Source: Tetramitus jugosus (taxonomy: Eukaryota > Protista > Heterolobosea). From it: DNA of 64,000 nucleotides. The notes beneath the pieces are model-generated. The model worked only from the letters and a program-made list of their open reading frames with translations, did not search any database and had not been told where the DNA came from. A program made the position numbers and the translations under genes. Below, in pieces: positions 21,164 through 34,400 of this stretch (the first letter of the stretch is position 1; every line of letters starts with the position of its first letter). The stretch lies in assembly GCA_937625935.1 (NCBI GenBank), contig OW569389.1, forward strand, positions 310,001 to 374,000, given 5' to 3'.

Positions 21164-21570
21164 AAACAATTATTTATTTAAGATTCAATGTTGAAGTTCT
21201 TCCTTGTTGGTCACCTTGTCCATCTCCAGAGATTGAGCTTCAATATTCACTAACCCTTTCTTTTCCTTCATGTAATTCTATTCATTTACATTCCCCCATA
21301 CCCTGCAACTATTCCAATATCTCCATACGTTTCATCATAGGCAGGCATAACTAGATAGGTGTCCTTCTATCCTACTCGGCTTCTGTATTCCTCAACAAAG
21401 AAACAACTAACTTTGGAAAGACTTCTGAACAAAAGTCCCATACTATCGCCTCCCAGAAACGGTCAATTTACTGTAAATACAACCATACACTGTGGGATGT
21501 AATACCAATAAACTCAAAGTTCCGAAAACACCGACTCGCGAAACTCCGTCTTCAGATCAGAAAACAAAAG

Positions 21571-24228
21571 ATGTCACATCCAAAATTCCAGTTTCATTTT
21601 CTGTATCTGGTTCTTATTCCATTGATCTCTGTTGCTGTCTATTGGCAGTTGAAGAGTATTGTTTTACGTCCTGGGTGTTCTGCTGTTGGTGAGAATCACA
21701 GATGTGAACACTCGTTGAACAAGTTCTCGGTGCAGAGAGCGTATGAGAACTTGGTTGTTCTGTCTCATGAGGAGAAAGGATTTGGTGAACACTCTTTTGG
21801 CTCTAGGCAGTGTCATCTTGTTCACCAGTGGCTTGTTCGATGGATTCGAGACTCCATCGCAGCTCGATCGTTGCAACTAGAGCAGCAACAAGGATATTTC
21901 AAGGTGGAAGTGGCAGAACAGAATGAGTCCAATGAATTTGTGTTTTATTCGTCTCATCTGATGGGCAATCGAATGAGAAGGTATCAGAATGTGACCAATA
22001 TTATGGTGAAGATCTATCCTGCGGTGTCACAACAACGCTCGTACTCTGGAGAGGCAATACTAGTAAATAGTCATTTCGACTCTGGCGTTTCTAGTCCTGG
22101 TGCTTTTGATGATGGTGTACCTGTTGTTGCGATGATGGAGATGTTTCAAAACATGTTAGATCAGCTGTTGGCACATCATGCGAACTCATCAGTTCCATTG
22201 TTGAGACACCCAATTGTCTTTCTGTGGAATGGTGCTGAGGAGATGGGATTGTTTGGTGCACATGCATTTATGCAATCACATCCATGGGCTAAAGACATTC
22301 GAGCTTTCATTAATTTGGAGGCTGCTGGATTCGGTGGAGGTGCTACAGTGTTTCAAACCACAAATGCATGGATTGCTCAGGAGTACGCAAAGGTTATCGT
22401 CCATCCTTTAGGAAATTCTTTGGGGCAGGACTTGTTTCAATCAGGTATCATACCCAGTGATACTGATTACAGATTTTTCACTGGAATGAAAAAGCAAGAA
22501 GTAATTCATGGTGTTGACTCTGCGTTCTCTGAGAACGGTCACTGGTATCACACCGAGTTTGATAGTCTGACGAAGAATCATTACTCACAGGATGACATTA
22601 AGAAATCTATCCAACACATGGGAGAAAATGCTGCTAGTCTGATGGAACATTTAGCATTCATGGATGCAAGCTTTCCAAACGCAACCGTTGATGCACACTC
22701 GAGATCAGCATACTTTGATGTTCTTGGGTTAGTATTCTTTGCTTATAATGCAATAACTGCTAAGCCTATTTACTATGGAGTCGTCAGTGTTGCACTTACT
22801 CTCATTCTGGTTCAGGTTCTCGCAGGTAGAGTCGCTATTTCTTCTTTAGTGCTCTCTCTCGTCTGTACTATGTGTAGCGTGATAGGAGGTGTTGGGTACT
22901 CGCTAGCAACTGCTCATTTTCTCATCAAATTAGAGAGACCATTGAGTTGGTATGCGCTTGGATCAGAATATGCCCTGATTCTCTATGTTTTACCGGCCTT
23001 TTTTGGTTCATTACTCACTGCAAAGTTGGCTTCTCTCATACTTCCATCCAAGAAGGTGAATAGGCACTCAATGTATGCATCAGTTCTGGTATTGTGGATG
23101 GCACTTCTCATTGTTACAGCTCATTATGGACTAGGTTCATCGTACCTTCCTGCTGTCATCGTGATATCATTTGTTGCAGGTTTGCCTTTCAGCTCGATTG
23201 GGTTGCTTCAACTGCTTGTCTCCTTGCTCCTTCCTCTCACTATCTTAATCTCATTGGGATTTACATTTGCCACTACTTTTTCTGGGATGCTCGGGAGATC
23301 TGGTCGTAAACCGGTTGACTATACCATGAGTGGTCTTGTAGGTGTTGTTGGAGCCTTGATTTCCACCATTACATTGCCATTCTTATCTGGAGAGCACAAG
23401 AAAGACAACAACCCGATAGGAGACAACACACGACAAGGACTTTCATGGCGATTCCTGTTCCTTCTAGCAGCTGCTTCAATTTCTCTGATTGCTATTGGTT
23501 ACAATGCGAGTCCCTATTCGCCATTGAGACCGAAGCGTTTAGCTCTCAGACATGTCCTTGTTTACGAAAAAGGAATCATCAAGGATGCATACTTGAACTT
23601 AAAGTCAGCTGACCCCTTCCAGCCCTCATACGTCTTCAATAAGATGAATGTCAGTGACCATGGCTTTACGTTTAATGCAACGATCAAATCTCACCGAATT
23701 AGCAACACGATTAACTCAGATTTGGATGATCCAGTGTTCTATAAGAATGTGGCGAATGAAATTAGCTTTGACACAGACCTGTTCGACACCAAAATAGATG
23801 TCACTAGCGAAAAGAATGCTGACGCAAACACAAAGTATACTATCACTCTATCGAACAGCAAATACCTTTTCTATCAGCAAGTGTTCCTCAAGACAGATGA
23901 AGGGCACATTACTCGATTCTATTTTTCTCAAGCTTCCCCATTGTATGATCGAACAGAAGGTGCATACATGTGGGATCTTGCATCTGGATATTCGAGATTT
24001 GAGAATGATGAGTTGAATGCCAATGGAACAAAGACACACTCATTCTCGTTCGATGTTTCAAGCTCGGAGAATAGTATGAATGGTATTCAACTGCAAGTAT
24101 TGAGTCATTTCGTGGATCCACTTATCTGGACTGAATCGATCAACAAAACACTCTCCATCCTCCCAGATTGGACAAGTACAATGTCCATTGTTTCTTCACA
24201 GCATTCGACGAGCCTCCTTAACGAATAA
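21571..24228 (+). CDS. ERMP1: ER metallopeptidase 1-like (M28 family, multi-pass membrane)
   Basis: LVNSHFDS, SPGAFDDG, NGAEEMGL, INLEAAG, IPSDTDY and YHTEFD, followed by multiple TM helices. Confidence 0.92.
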   Translation: MSHPKFQFHFLYLVLIPLISVAVYWQLKSIVLRPGCSAVGENHRCEHSLNKFSVQRAYENLVVLSHEEKGFGEHSFGSRQCHLVHQWLVRWIRDSIAARSLQLEQQQGYFKVEVAEQNESNEFVFYSSHLMGNRMRRYQNVTNIMVKIYPAVSQQRSYSGEAILVNSHFDSGVSSPGAFDDGVPVVAMMEMFQNMLDQLLAHHANSSVPLLRHPIVFLWNGAEEMGLFGAHAFMQSHPWAKDIRAFINLEAAGFGGGATVFQTTNAWIAQEYAKVIVHPLGNSLGQDLFQSGIIPSDTDYRFFTGMKKQEVIHGVDSAFSENGHWYHTEFDSLTKNHYSQDDIKKSIQHMGENAASLMEHLAFMDASFPNATVDAHSRSAYFDVLGLVFFAYNAITAKPIYYGVVSVALTLILVQVLAGRVAISSLVLSLVCTMCSVIGGVGYSLATAHFLIKLERPLSWYALGSEYALILYVLPAFFGSLLTAKLASLILPSKKVNRHSMYASVLVLWMALLIVTAHYGLGSSYLPAVIVISFVAGLPFSSIGLLQLLVSLLLPLTILISLGFTFATTFSGMLGRSGRKPVDYTMSGLVGVVGALISTITLPFLSGEHKKDNNPIGDNTRQGLSWRFLFLLAAASISLIAIGYNASPYSPLRPKRLALRHVLVYEKGIIKDAYLNLKSADPFQPSYVFNKMNVSDHGFTFNATIKSHRISNTINSDLDDPVFYKNVANEISFDTDLFDTKIDVTSEKNADANTKYTITLSNSKYLFYQQVFLKTDEGHITRFYFSQASPLYDRTEGAYMWDLASGYSRFENDELNANGTKTHSFSFDVSSSENSMNGIQLQVLSHFVDPLIWTESINKTLSILPDWTSTMSIVSSQHSTSLLNE

Positions 24229-24406
24229 ATGGATCTGGAATACTCATCTCTCTCAGCATGAGCTGGGCGAAGGTGCCAGTGGTCCAGACGTCCTGTTTCT
24301 TCGCGGTATTGAGTTGCATGAACGAATAAATGGATATGTAAGGCCATCAAGTTAAAAAATAGAGTTTATGTGCGCAAGACACAAGGAATAAGACCTTGTG
24401 AAAAAT

Positions 24407-26080
24407 TTAAGGAGTAAGTCTCTTTGGATCTCTTGGGAACATGGATGTCTTACGAACGTTACCAATGGCCAGATAGAGCATGACAATTCTTTCAAGACCA
24501 ATACCGCATCCAGCATGAGGATAAGCTCCATACTTGAATGCATCGACATAGGCTTGAAGTGGCTTCATGTCAACACCCTTCTCAGTAGCCTTCTTGACCA
24601 ACAGTTCAGGGTCGTGAATTCTTTGAGCACCAGAGGAAATTTCCTCGCCTCTCAAGAAAATGTCATAAGAGTTGGAATATCTCTCATCATCTGGGCAAGG
24701 CATAGTGTAGAATGGACGAGCAGTCATTGGATACTTTTCCAAAAAGTAGAAATCAGTGCCATACTTTTGCTTGACCAGTGCACCCAACTTTTTCTCAGTT
24801 GGTGTGTCCAAGTCGTCAAAGTCACCAATCTCAATTCCATTCTCTCTCAACAGAGCAACAGCCTCAGGGTACTTTAATCTCAGATTCTTTTCCTTGTTGT
24901 ATTGCAATGGTTCGAATGGATACTGTGTTTGAATCGTTTCCAACTCCTGTGCAAATCTCGTTTCCACATTCTCAAAAATGTAGATAAACATCTTGTCAAT
25001 AATGTCCAACACTTCAGAGTAATGGTTCTGGATGGCCATTTCCAGATCCAAACCGACAAATTCAGTCAAATGACGATGAGTATTGGATTTTTCAGCACGG
25101 AACACTGGACCAATCTCAAACACTCTGATCAAATCACCCGTTACAGCCATTTGCTTGTACAATTGAGGTGATTGAGCCAAGTAGGCCTTACCACCAAAGT
25201 ATGTCACCTCGAAAACGTCGGCACCACCTTCAGAAGCTGCACCAATCAACTTTGGAGTGTGAATTTCGACAAAGTCCTGCGTGTACAAGTACTCTCTAAA
25301 GAATCGACCCATGGCACTCTGTAATTTGAATACTGCGAGCTGTGCAGGTGCTCTCATATCAATCACACGATTATTCAATCGATTTTCTTGACCAATGCTT
25401 CTTGGAAGATCAGTATTCGTTCCATTTTCAATCGCTTCATCATCGTGAGCTCCTCCTCTCATGGCATCTTCAACGAGCAATGGCAATGAAGTTGCATTAC
25501 TCACTGCAAACAACTTTACAATGCTCAATTCAATGTCCTTTTGAGTAGCACTTGCAATTGGCTCTTGAACCTTCAATACCTTGGCAGTTACATCAACTAC
25601 AGTTTCCTTACTGAGCTTACTGATAAACTTTGCCATTCCCTCTGGTGTTTCAGCAGTTTGGAAAAAGGCTGCTTGAACACTGTGAATGCCCTGTCTCAAC
25701 AACAAGAATGCACTCTTGCCCTTGCCTCTGACAGTGTGAACACGAGCACGCAGAGATACAATAGATTCGTCGAGTGACGAGTCCAATGAACCAATCGATA
25801 CCAATTCATTCAAATTTTGAGTAAATGTGGATTGAATCAATGGATAATCACCAAAGAGCTTGGATCCGTTGAAAACTTCTTCAAAGGTAACAATGGATTT
25901 GGTTCCTGATTCTCTGGCTTGACGAGCTTGGAGTCTCTCTGCCTTTTTTTGAGCTTTGGCGTTTTTAGCTTCTTCTGCTTTTTTTTTCTTTTCTTCGTCA
26001 GTGAGCTTTGGTTTGCTCGTTGATGATGATGCTGTTGGTTGTTGTGGTTGTTCTTGTGGTTGTTGTTCGACAGACGACAT
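24407..26080 (-). CDS. DARS1: Cytoplasmic aspartyl-tRNA synthetase
   Basis: OB-fold, YLAQSPQLYKQ, GPVFRAEKSNTHRHLTEF, GIGLER and FPRDPKRLTP. Confidence 0.97.
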   Translation of the reverse strand: MSSVEQQPQEQPQQPTASSSTSKPKLTDEEKKKKAEEAKNAKAQKKAERLQARQARESGTKSIVTFEEVFNGSKLFGDYPLIQSTFTQNLNELVSIGSLDSSLDESIVSLRARVHTVRGKGKSAFLLLRQGIHSVQAAFFQTAETPEGMAKFISKLSKETVVDVTAKVLKVQEPIASATQKDIELSIVKLFAVSNATSLPLLVEDAMRGGAHDDEAIENGTNTDLPRSIGQENRLNNRVIDMRAPAQLAVFKLQSAMGRFFREYLYTQDFVEIHTPKLIGAASEGGADVFEVTYFGGKAYLAQSPQLYKQMAVTGDLIRVFEIGPVFRAEKSNTHRHLTEFVGLDLEMAIQNHYSEVLDIIDKMFIYIFENVETRFAQELETIQTQYPFEPLQYNKEKNLRLKYPEAVALLRENGIEIGDFDDLDTPTEKKLGALVKQKYGTDFYFLEKYPMTARPFYTMPCPDDERYSNSYDIFLRGEEISSGAQRIHDPELLVKKATEKGVDMKPLQAYVDAFKYGAYPHAGCGIGLERIVMLYLAIGNVRKTSMFPRDPKRLTP

Positions 26081-26570
26081 GATTTTTTTTTCTAATGTTG
26101 TTGTTGTTGTTGATGTTTTTTTGTTGTTGTTGTTGGTTGTTGTGGAAAAAAAGTTTTTGAGATTTGGATTGAGAATCGCGATCTATCGCAGAATTGCTGC
26201 GGTCTTCATTTTCCCTCTGCTAGATGTTCCGATGCGTCTTACAAAACGAACCTTGTCGAAATCTCGAAGGGGCACCATATGCAAACCGACTGGCTTTTCC
26301 TGTTGTAAATGGCGACACCCTGCCCAACAAACAAAGAAGAATACAATGGACGATTGAATAAATGAAGGGTATAATAATAATAAAAACATTTGTATGACAT
26401 CGTGGACAATCATAACAATAATAAAACAAACAGCATCAGCTACCGGTCGTAATGGACACAAGCTTCCAACAGAAAGAAACCTGGGAACAACCATCACACC
26501 AAGCAGCAGCACCACCAACAGAGAGAAACAGCAACATGGAAACAAAAATCCTAAATGCAGTTATATCAAT

Positions 26571-27412
26571 CTAACAACATGTAGTCTTTTTGCCTCCAGC
26601 TCCTCCTTCACCTGCCTTTGGAATAATAATTCCATCGACGCCATTGCCTCCGTTGCCTCCATTGCCATCAGTTCGATCCTTTGGTAATTTTTTAGCAATG
26701 TCGACAAACAATTCTGCGACATTGTGTGATGTTTTTGCCGATGTTTCCTTGTACAGAATTCCATTGTCGTCGGCATAAGTCTGTGCCTCTGAAATTTCCA
26801 CTTTTCGCTTGTCTTCCAAATCTTGTTTGTTACCAGTGAGCGCAATCACAATATTTGTGTTGCCTTGACGCTGTAATTCCTTGACCCATTGTTTAGCTCT
26901 TGTAAATGAATCATAATTGGTAATGTCATAGACTACAATGGCAGCTGATGCACCTCTATAATACATGGGAGCTAAACTCCTGTACCTTTCTTGTCCTGCA
27001 GTGTCCCATATCTCAAATTTGACGACGCTATTTTTTTTTCATCATCATTTTTTTTGTGTTTTATGATTTTTTTTTCCCCAGTCATTCGGCATTCATCAAT
27101 TGATCATACATATTCAAACCAACCAAACAACAAGACGGGCACAAAATAGCGTTAGCAAAAAAAAATCAATTTCTTCAAGCAGCAACAAAAGTGCAACAAA
27201 GCTTTCGCTTAAAAAATAATAAAAAAAACGTACCTTTCACCGAGTGGAACGGTTTGAGTCAGAAAAGCAGCACCAATCGTTGATTCTTGATACTCAAAGA
27301 ATTGACCCCTGACAAATCGTAGCACCAAACTCGATTTACCGACAGAGCTCTCACCCAAGAGCACTAATTTGAATGGAATAGCTTTGGCATTTGGATTGAC
27401 AGCATCAGTCAT
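26571..27412 (-). CDS. RAB5: Rab5 GTPase; exons 27412-27234 and 27027-26571
   Basis: [56 protein letters not shown] and a C-terminal CC. The GT..AG intron 27233-27028 restores the frame. Confidence 0.96.
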
Positions 27413-27742
27413 TTTTTTTAACTTTTTGTTGTTTGTTGTTGTTGGAATAATATTATTGGTTGTTTGTGGAAGCGAAAAAAAATGTCAACGAGAGCTTGGT
27501 GATGACGCGTTCTTCTTCTGATGTTTGTGTTGCGTGCTTTGTTTTTTGGCGCTGAAAAAAATGTTCCAATAAAAAAAAGGCGTTCCCCTTGTGCTTCTCG
27601 CTGGGAACTTGATTGGGTCTTTTCTGCTTTTGTCGCCGAAACGGAAAAATGGAACGATTCGTAGTTTACTGTGTCTGTGTTGACTGTTGTATACAATGGG
27701 TCCTTTTTTGTACAGTACCGTACTCTCTGAATGAAACTTCTT

Positions 27743-28258
27743 TTATTCTTCTGAACGTTGAGATCTGAAATGTTCTTCTAGGGCATATCTGGCATTGATG
27801 AATCGCTTGTTTACCTTTTCTTTACTGTACAGTGAGATGTATGCGTCGACGGGCATCACCAACTCTTCCATCTCTTTGCCCTCCTCGTGATAAAAGGGTT
27901 CAAGTTCATTTGACACTAAAAGTCGATCCATTGATTCCTGCTCTTCTTGTCTCATCTCTTCTGAGCGATAAATGGCTTCCATGCTCAAATCTGCATGAGA
28001 TAAGCAATCTTCCATGACTTCAATTCTTTTATCGAGTTGCCAATGAGGAACAAAAGTGGGTGCTTCGCTGTGGGCACTCTCAATCAAAAAATTCTCCCAT
28101 GCCATTGCCATCATGAGATCGTCCAATGGACCTCCTTCTCCGCCACCTACATAGCTTCTCCTACGTCTCTGTCGAATCATTTGTCTTGTAACGTCCTCTG
28201 CCAATGCATGGAAGGGAATGACAACATCCCTTGAATTCATAGTGTACCATGTGTCCAT
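27743..28258 (-). CDS. Hypothetical protein (171 aa)
   Basis: ATG-initiated ORF with protein-like composition. The start is uncertain. Confidence 0.5.
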   Translation of the reverse strand: MDTWYTMNSRDVVIPFHALAEDVTRQMIRQRRRRSYVGGGEGGPLDDLMMAMAWENFLIESAHSEAPTFVPHWQLDKRIEVMEDCLSHADLSMEAIYRSEEMRQEEQESMDRLLVSNELEPFYHEEGKEMEELVMPVDAYISLYSKEKVNKRFINARYALEEHFRSQRSEE

Positions 28259-28474
28259 CCTCTCGTTTCTGTTACTCTTTGTGGATCGCCACTCGAAATT
28301 GCTTCTCTATTTTTTACAAAGACTTCAGTTGTATTTTTAGGAACTTGTTGGACGAAAAATGGGTTGACTGGATAAGATGATAACGATACTTGAAGCTTAT
28401 TGTTGATTCGAGGTGTGGATGCACAAGAATTGTTTCAATGTCGACGTGTACAAATATCAATTGGACTTTGTGAT

Positions 28475-31400
28475 TTATTGAGCAAACTCTGATTGCATGT
28501 TGATCAAGGACATCAGCTTTTTCTTGGTCTTGTGCTTGGTTGTGAGGTTGGTGAAGAATTTCTCCCATGGGGTGAGCTTCTTGGCTTTGGCTGCCTTCTT
28601 CTTTGGAGTCTTTCTTCTCTTCTTGGTGTCTTCCTCTTCGGATTCCTCATCCTCGTCTTCGTCTTCTTGTGCCTCGCCGTACTTCAAGAGTCTTTCACGA
28701 ACAACCTTCATGAAGTCGACAAAGCTATTGTACTGCTTCTGCACAAGGGTTTGCAAGAGATTTTCGCTGATTCTCTCAAACATTCCCTCAATAAAGGTTT
28801 CATTCTCCTTTTCAACCATATCGAGCAAGCTCTTTGAGTTTTCAAGCTCGAATTGTTGGTATTCTCTGGTGACATATTGTTCAACCAATTGCATCACCTT
28901 TGAATCAATCTTGTCTGGATTGTGCTTCTGGATTTCAATGTAGATTCTCTCCAACAATTCAATTGTACCACCGTTGGTTGGATCAGGGAAGATGGCAACA
29001 ACACTTCTCCACATACCCTCGTCCAACAACAATTGAAGCTTCTCCTTCATTGTTGCTCTTCTGTGCACAGACAAGGTAGAAGAGGAACTTGACTTCTTTG
29101 CTCTCTTCTTTGGTTTTGATTTTGGTGCTTTTCTCTTCTTTCTCTTACCATATCCGCTATCAGAGTCAGAGTCAGGTTCTGAGTAATCGTCATCATCATC
29201 AGCTACTTCGTCTTCTTCTTCAACGTCTGGAACCAGTGAAACATTTCTGTCGGTAACATCACGGTCATCAAACATGTGTTCCATAACATAGTCCAACAAT
29301 TGGATTCTGGTCTTTGGCCATTGGTCTTCAGCAGACATAACCTTGACTTCACCAAATGCATCAGATGTCATAGTAATCTTGAATGTGATAATGGCTTGTT
29401 CGAGCAGGATGGAGTTGTCTTCTTCGACCTTGGCAGCATGCATCATCAACTTGGATACAGTCAAGGTAAAGTTATCCAATGTGTAGTAGCCCTTATATTT
29501 AAGTGGCAAGTTACTGAGTTCGACTTGGATCTCTCCCAGACGCTTCTCAGTCTCAACAGTTCTTTGGATCTTACTTTGTTGCAACAACTTTTGTTGTTCT
29601 TCTTCAAGTTCCTTGATTCTCGCAACTTGTTCTTTAAGGACAAGAATTGCTTTTTGAATAAAAGCACCAATACGCAACACCAGTTCATATTCGTATTTGC
29701 CAGCCATGTCTTGAAGAATTCTGATCAAATTCTCAACAGCGGACACCTTTGCAATACACTTGTCAACGATAGATTCCAAGAATCTGCTTGCTTCAGTGGA
29801 TTCTTCTTCATGAACATTGTCAGTCATTTGAGAATCAGCATCAGCTCTTTCATCAACCAACTTCTTCAAATCCAATGCAGCATTAATCATAATTCTACTG
29901 ACAGCGAATGAAATGTTATCGTACTTTTCTTGGGATTGCTTTGAGAAGGAAGGTTCCAAAGCAAGGAGATAGTGCTTCAATGCCAATTGACGCAACTCAT
30001 TCTGTTGTTCAACTGAAATTTGATTTCTTTGTTGCAATGCCTTTGCCTTTTCTTGAACAAGAAGAGCATAGTGCTGTTCAGGCAACTTTCTTTCTTCTTC
30101 CTCTTTCTTGAATTGTTCCAAGATTGCCAAACAATTCTCTCCAACAAAGATTGATTGTTTGTACTCTGACTTGTCGAGCAGAGTAGATGCGACAGTTTGC
30201 AAGTTGTTTGGATTCTTGACACCCAATTGGCTGTCACACAACAAATCAACAACAATCTTCAAGTTCTTGTTGAACAATTCAGTTTCCTGCTCAATTTGTT
30301 CGGTGGTGAGTGAGTGATCGAAAGCAATTCTGTTTTCGAGATTAGACTTTGAGGCAAGAACAGATGACAACATCTTGTTGATTGCTTGGAACTTCCAGTT
30401 GTTGAATTCATTGTAGTCATAAGACAAAACGAAATATTCAACATCCAATGCATCCAACTTTTCTTTAGCTTCGTCCAATTGCTTTTGAACATCATCAGGC
30501 AATTGCTTTCTCAAGAGTTCCAAATCCTCTTCTTCACGATTAATGATTTGAATCAATTGTTCTGGTACAGCTCTTTCTCTCTTCTTTGCTTCACATTGGG
30601 TAGCTTGCTCAATGGCGTATCTACCGAACTTGAAGGCCAAAGTGATATCTGAACCCTTAATCTTGTCCATCATTGACAAAATGTGTTTTGGATTCTTGAC
30701 AAATGGCATGCATTGATCAACAATTGCGTTAATCTTGACATCATGACCTTGTCTAACCTTTTGCTTGTCTTCTTCAGTAGTTTCAGCCTGCAATTCCATT
30801 TCCTTATCTTCATTGTTCTTTGCCTTGATCAAACTTTGAATGAGTAATACAGCAGTATTCAAATGCAAGGTATCCAAAATTTCAGGTGAAGAATCCTTGT
30901 ATTCTGGAGAAATCTTCAGCAAGTTGACTTGAATTTGCAGTTCAAGCATTCTAGCAGCCTTGTCACCATCCAACTTCTTTCTCTTGTTCTTCATTTGTTT
31001 ACGAACATCGAGCAAATCTCTTTCTTCTTCTTCGATTTCTTCCAATTCTTGTCTAATAGCGTCTCTCTCCTTCTTTGCTGCCAAAAGTTCAGGAATTCTG
31101 GATTGAATGACCTTACCAAGTTGAAGAACGATCTCAAACTCTTCATTGTCACTCAAAATGTTTGCCAAATTGTAGAGGGAGTTTGGATTATGAATATACT
31201 CGACTAATCTTTCAACAACAGAAGCAATCTTCTTGTCAGTTTCTGCAATATTATCCGTAACTTCAATCTTTGGATCAATATCATCTTGCATTCTGTCTTC
31301 TCCACGAGTCAATTCATTTTGCAACAAATCCTTCAATTTGTACTTCAAGTTATCCTTGTTTGTCAACAAGGAAGTCAACATCAACTTGATAAGAACCAAA

Positions 31401-34400
31401 TAATCATTATCATATTGATTCAATGTCTTCTTTGCGAACTTTGGAATAGTTTCATTGTTGATCTTTTGTTCAACTTCCATGTCAGCAAGTTGTTTGATTT
31501 GTTCTGGCTTCAAGAACTTCTTTTGGTCGAGAAGTTTTTGCTTTTCAGCTCTCAATTGCTCATATTGCAATTTTGGTAATTCTCTGGCTTCTCTCTGAGC
31601 AGCCATTTCCTTGTTAGCTGCGAGTGCCTTATCACCAATTTGGAGCATCAAGTCGTATTCCCTACGGTTGGAACACTCTCTGACATATTCAATCATATTA
31701 GTTGGAGATTCAATGTAGTTCAAAACTTCCAATGTAACGAATTGAATTCTTTCATCAGACAATGGTTCTTTGCTTACAATTTGAGCAGCACCAAATCCAA
31801 CAATTGTTGGTCTTGGAATCTTGCTGTTCAATGAAGTTCTAACCATGGTCAAACCAATATCGTTCTTATTGTTCTCATATTGATCAAAGTCGTCATAATC
31901 AAAGTGTTCTGGATGTGGTAGAGCTTCATATTCTGCTTCCAATTTCTTCAATTGTTGTTGTCTAGTTGCAGGCAATTGTTGTCTCTTTTCCAACAATTCT
32001 TCTTGCTCAGCCTCAATAATCTTGATTGGAACATAGGTCTCTTCTCTAACCTTCTTAGCCTTGATCATTTCTTGAATGATGTCCAAAGCCTTGAATCCAA
32101 CCTTATTAACCAACTCGTATTCACTTCTGTTGGCAATGTAGGTCATCAATTGTCTCAAGTTAGCTGGACTGACAACATAGTTCAAATGACGGTTGAACAC
32201 TTCATGAACTTGTTCCTCATTGAACTTGAGGAAAGTTTGAGCATCAAGGGCCTTGTTGATGGCACCTAGACAAGTGGCATAGTGTCTGTAGTCATATTGA
32301 CTGACATCCATGTGAGTATTTGGAGCATCAAGAGCGAAAACTCTGACTTGGTAATCCAATTCCTTCATCTTTTCTACTTGATCAGGTTTCAATGTCTTAC
32401 GATCAACAGCAAGTGTTTGTGCTTCTTGTTGCAATACTTGCAATTCAGCACGCACTTCATCTCTCTTCTTCTTTTCTTGACGAACTTCAGTAATTCTTCT
32501 TTGCAACTTGTCCAAAACCTCAATTCCAAGAGCATATTCTTGTCTGAGATCAAATGCTTGCAATGAATCAATGTTATTAACTGCTTCAATGCATTCTCTG
32601 ACAACAGAAGCCAACTTGTCATCAGACATTGGTTGAACAGGACGCAATCCCAACAATAGTGGATTAGCATTGTATGTTGGGACTTCACTTCTGCTATCCA
32701 AGGAAGCTCTGATCATTTGAGTAATAATTTGAACTCTATAAGTGTCCCATTGTTGATTATATATCAATTGAATTTGAACATGAGGATTCACAGTTGCAAA
32801 GTTACGAGATCCAGATGTAACCAATTGTCTGAACAAGTCATTTTGAATCATAGTGTTATAGAGTACATTTGGAGTAATATCTTGTGGGAACAATGGAACA
32901 TTGAGTACATTGTGATGTGCTCCAAACAAAGCCAAACCGTCCTCTGGATTATCAACAATCTGCTTAATCAAACTCTTTTGAAGATCAATTTCAACAGAGT
33001 ATTGAGCTTCAAGCTTCTTGAGCAAAGCTGAACCCAAAATAACCATTTGTTCGTATTCCTTCTTAACATGCATGACACTGAGCAAAGCAACCAATGTACC
33101 AATAACATTGACATTCTCAATAATGTAATCCAAAACGGAATACATCTCAGGTTCCTTAATAAGGCCAACAACCAACATTTCATGGGCAAGTTCCCACATC
33201 CATCTTGTGAGATCACTTGGAACAATAGTTGCTTCATCAATAACCGGTGTTTGTTGGGCATTCATTACAATTGTTGGTGCAAACAATGATGGTGGTGAGG
33301 AAGGTGAGGCAGAAGAAGAAGGAGCTGCAGTTGCGGTGTGAGTATCAACTGTAGGATCATGCAACTTAAGTTCTGGCAATGGAACAGGTTTCAAAGCAAC
33401 CTTTGCCAAGCTCAATGCAGCTGCATATTGTTCCTTTTCCTTTAGAATTTGAGCAATTCTATATTGTACAGTCTTATGAACAACAACTTGTGTGCATTGC
33501 TCAACAAGCAAAGTGGTCTTCTTGTTAGAGATGGCCAAATCACACAACCATCTAGCACGATCAGAAGTCTCATTATTCCATTCTCTAGACAGCGCAACAG
33601 ACTTGAGTGCCAAATTGAAAGCAACATCAACATCCAAAGCTCTTGAAATTTGAGCAATGGAGAACAATTGAGAAACATCTTCCAATTTCTCTGCAACTTC
33701 TTGCGCTTGCTTCACACGTTCCAACTTGAGCAAGAATCTGGCCAAATAGAAATCCAAATCGACTGCCTTTGCCAAATTCATACCTTCTTCAAATCTTCCA
33801 TCTCTCTCCAATTGATTCAATCTCTCGATAGACAAATCCTTTGGCTCAGAGAACTTACCAATGCTCTCACCCTTCATCACATTCTTCAAATGGACATTGT
33901 TCCATGCCAGCTTGGCAGCATATCTTGCAGTGGAGAATGTACCTTCTTCTTCGTTGGCAGAAGTATCCCAATCGAACAACTTCTTTGCCCATTCAACTCT
34001 CTCATCCTGTTCAATATCCAAACTTTCAAACAAGAAGACTTCGACCCAATCCTTTGCGATTTCACGCAACATCTCTTCATAACCATCAATGTTATGAACA
34101 CCGAGTTCATTACCTCTGGTGACATACTCTGATGTAATGGCTTCCATAATGTTCAAACCATCACGGATTTCACCCTTGTTCAAAATCTTGTCCTTTGCCT
34201 TATCCTTCTCAATACGAATAGAAATGGAATCGATACGATAGGTGGCACGAGCATCACCCAAAGCAGCACCAAATCTACCTCTCTTGATTGCTTGAAGACC
34301 ATTGGTAGCCACAAAAGCATCTCTGACCTTTCTTCTAATGGCCATCAAATTGACACCACCAAAATCTTGCATCAATCCAGAAGCACCTACACCATCCATA

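Noticed and set aside
27040-27150. Intronic box C/D snoRNA in the Rab5 intron
   Set aside because: An ATGATGA is present near the acceptor, but no downstream CTGA box D or terminal stem.
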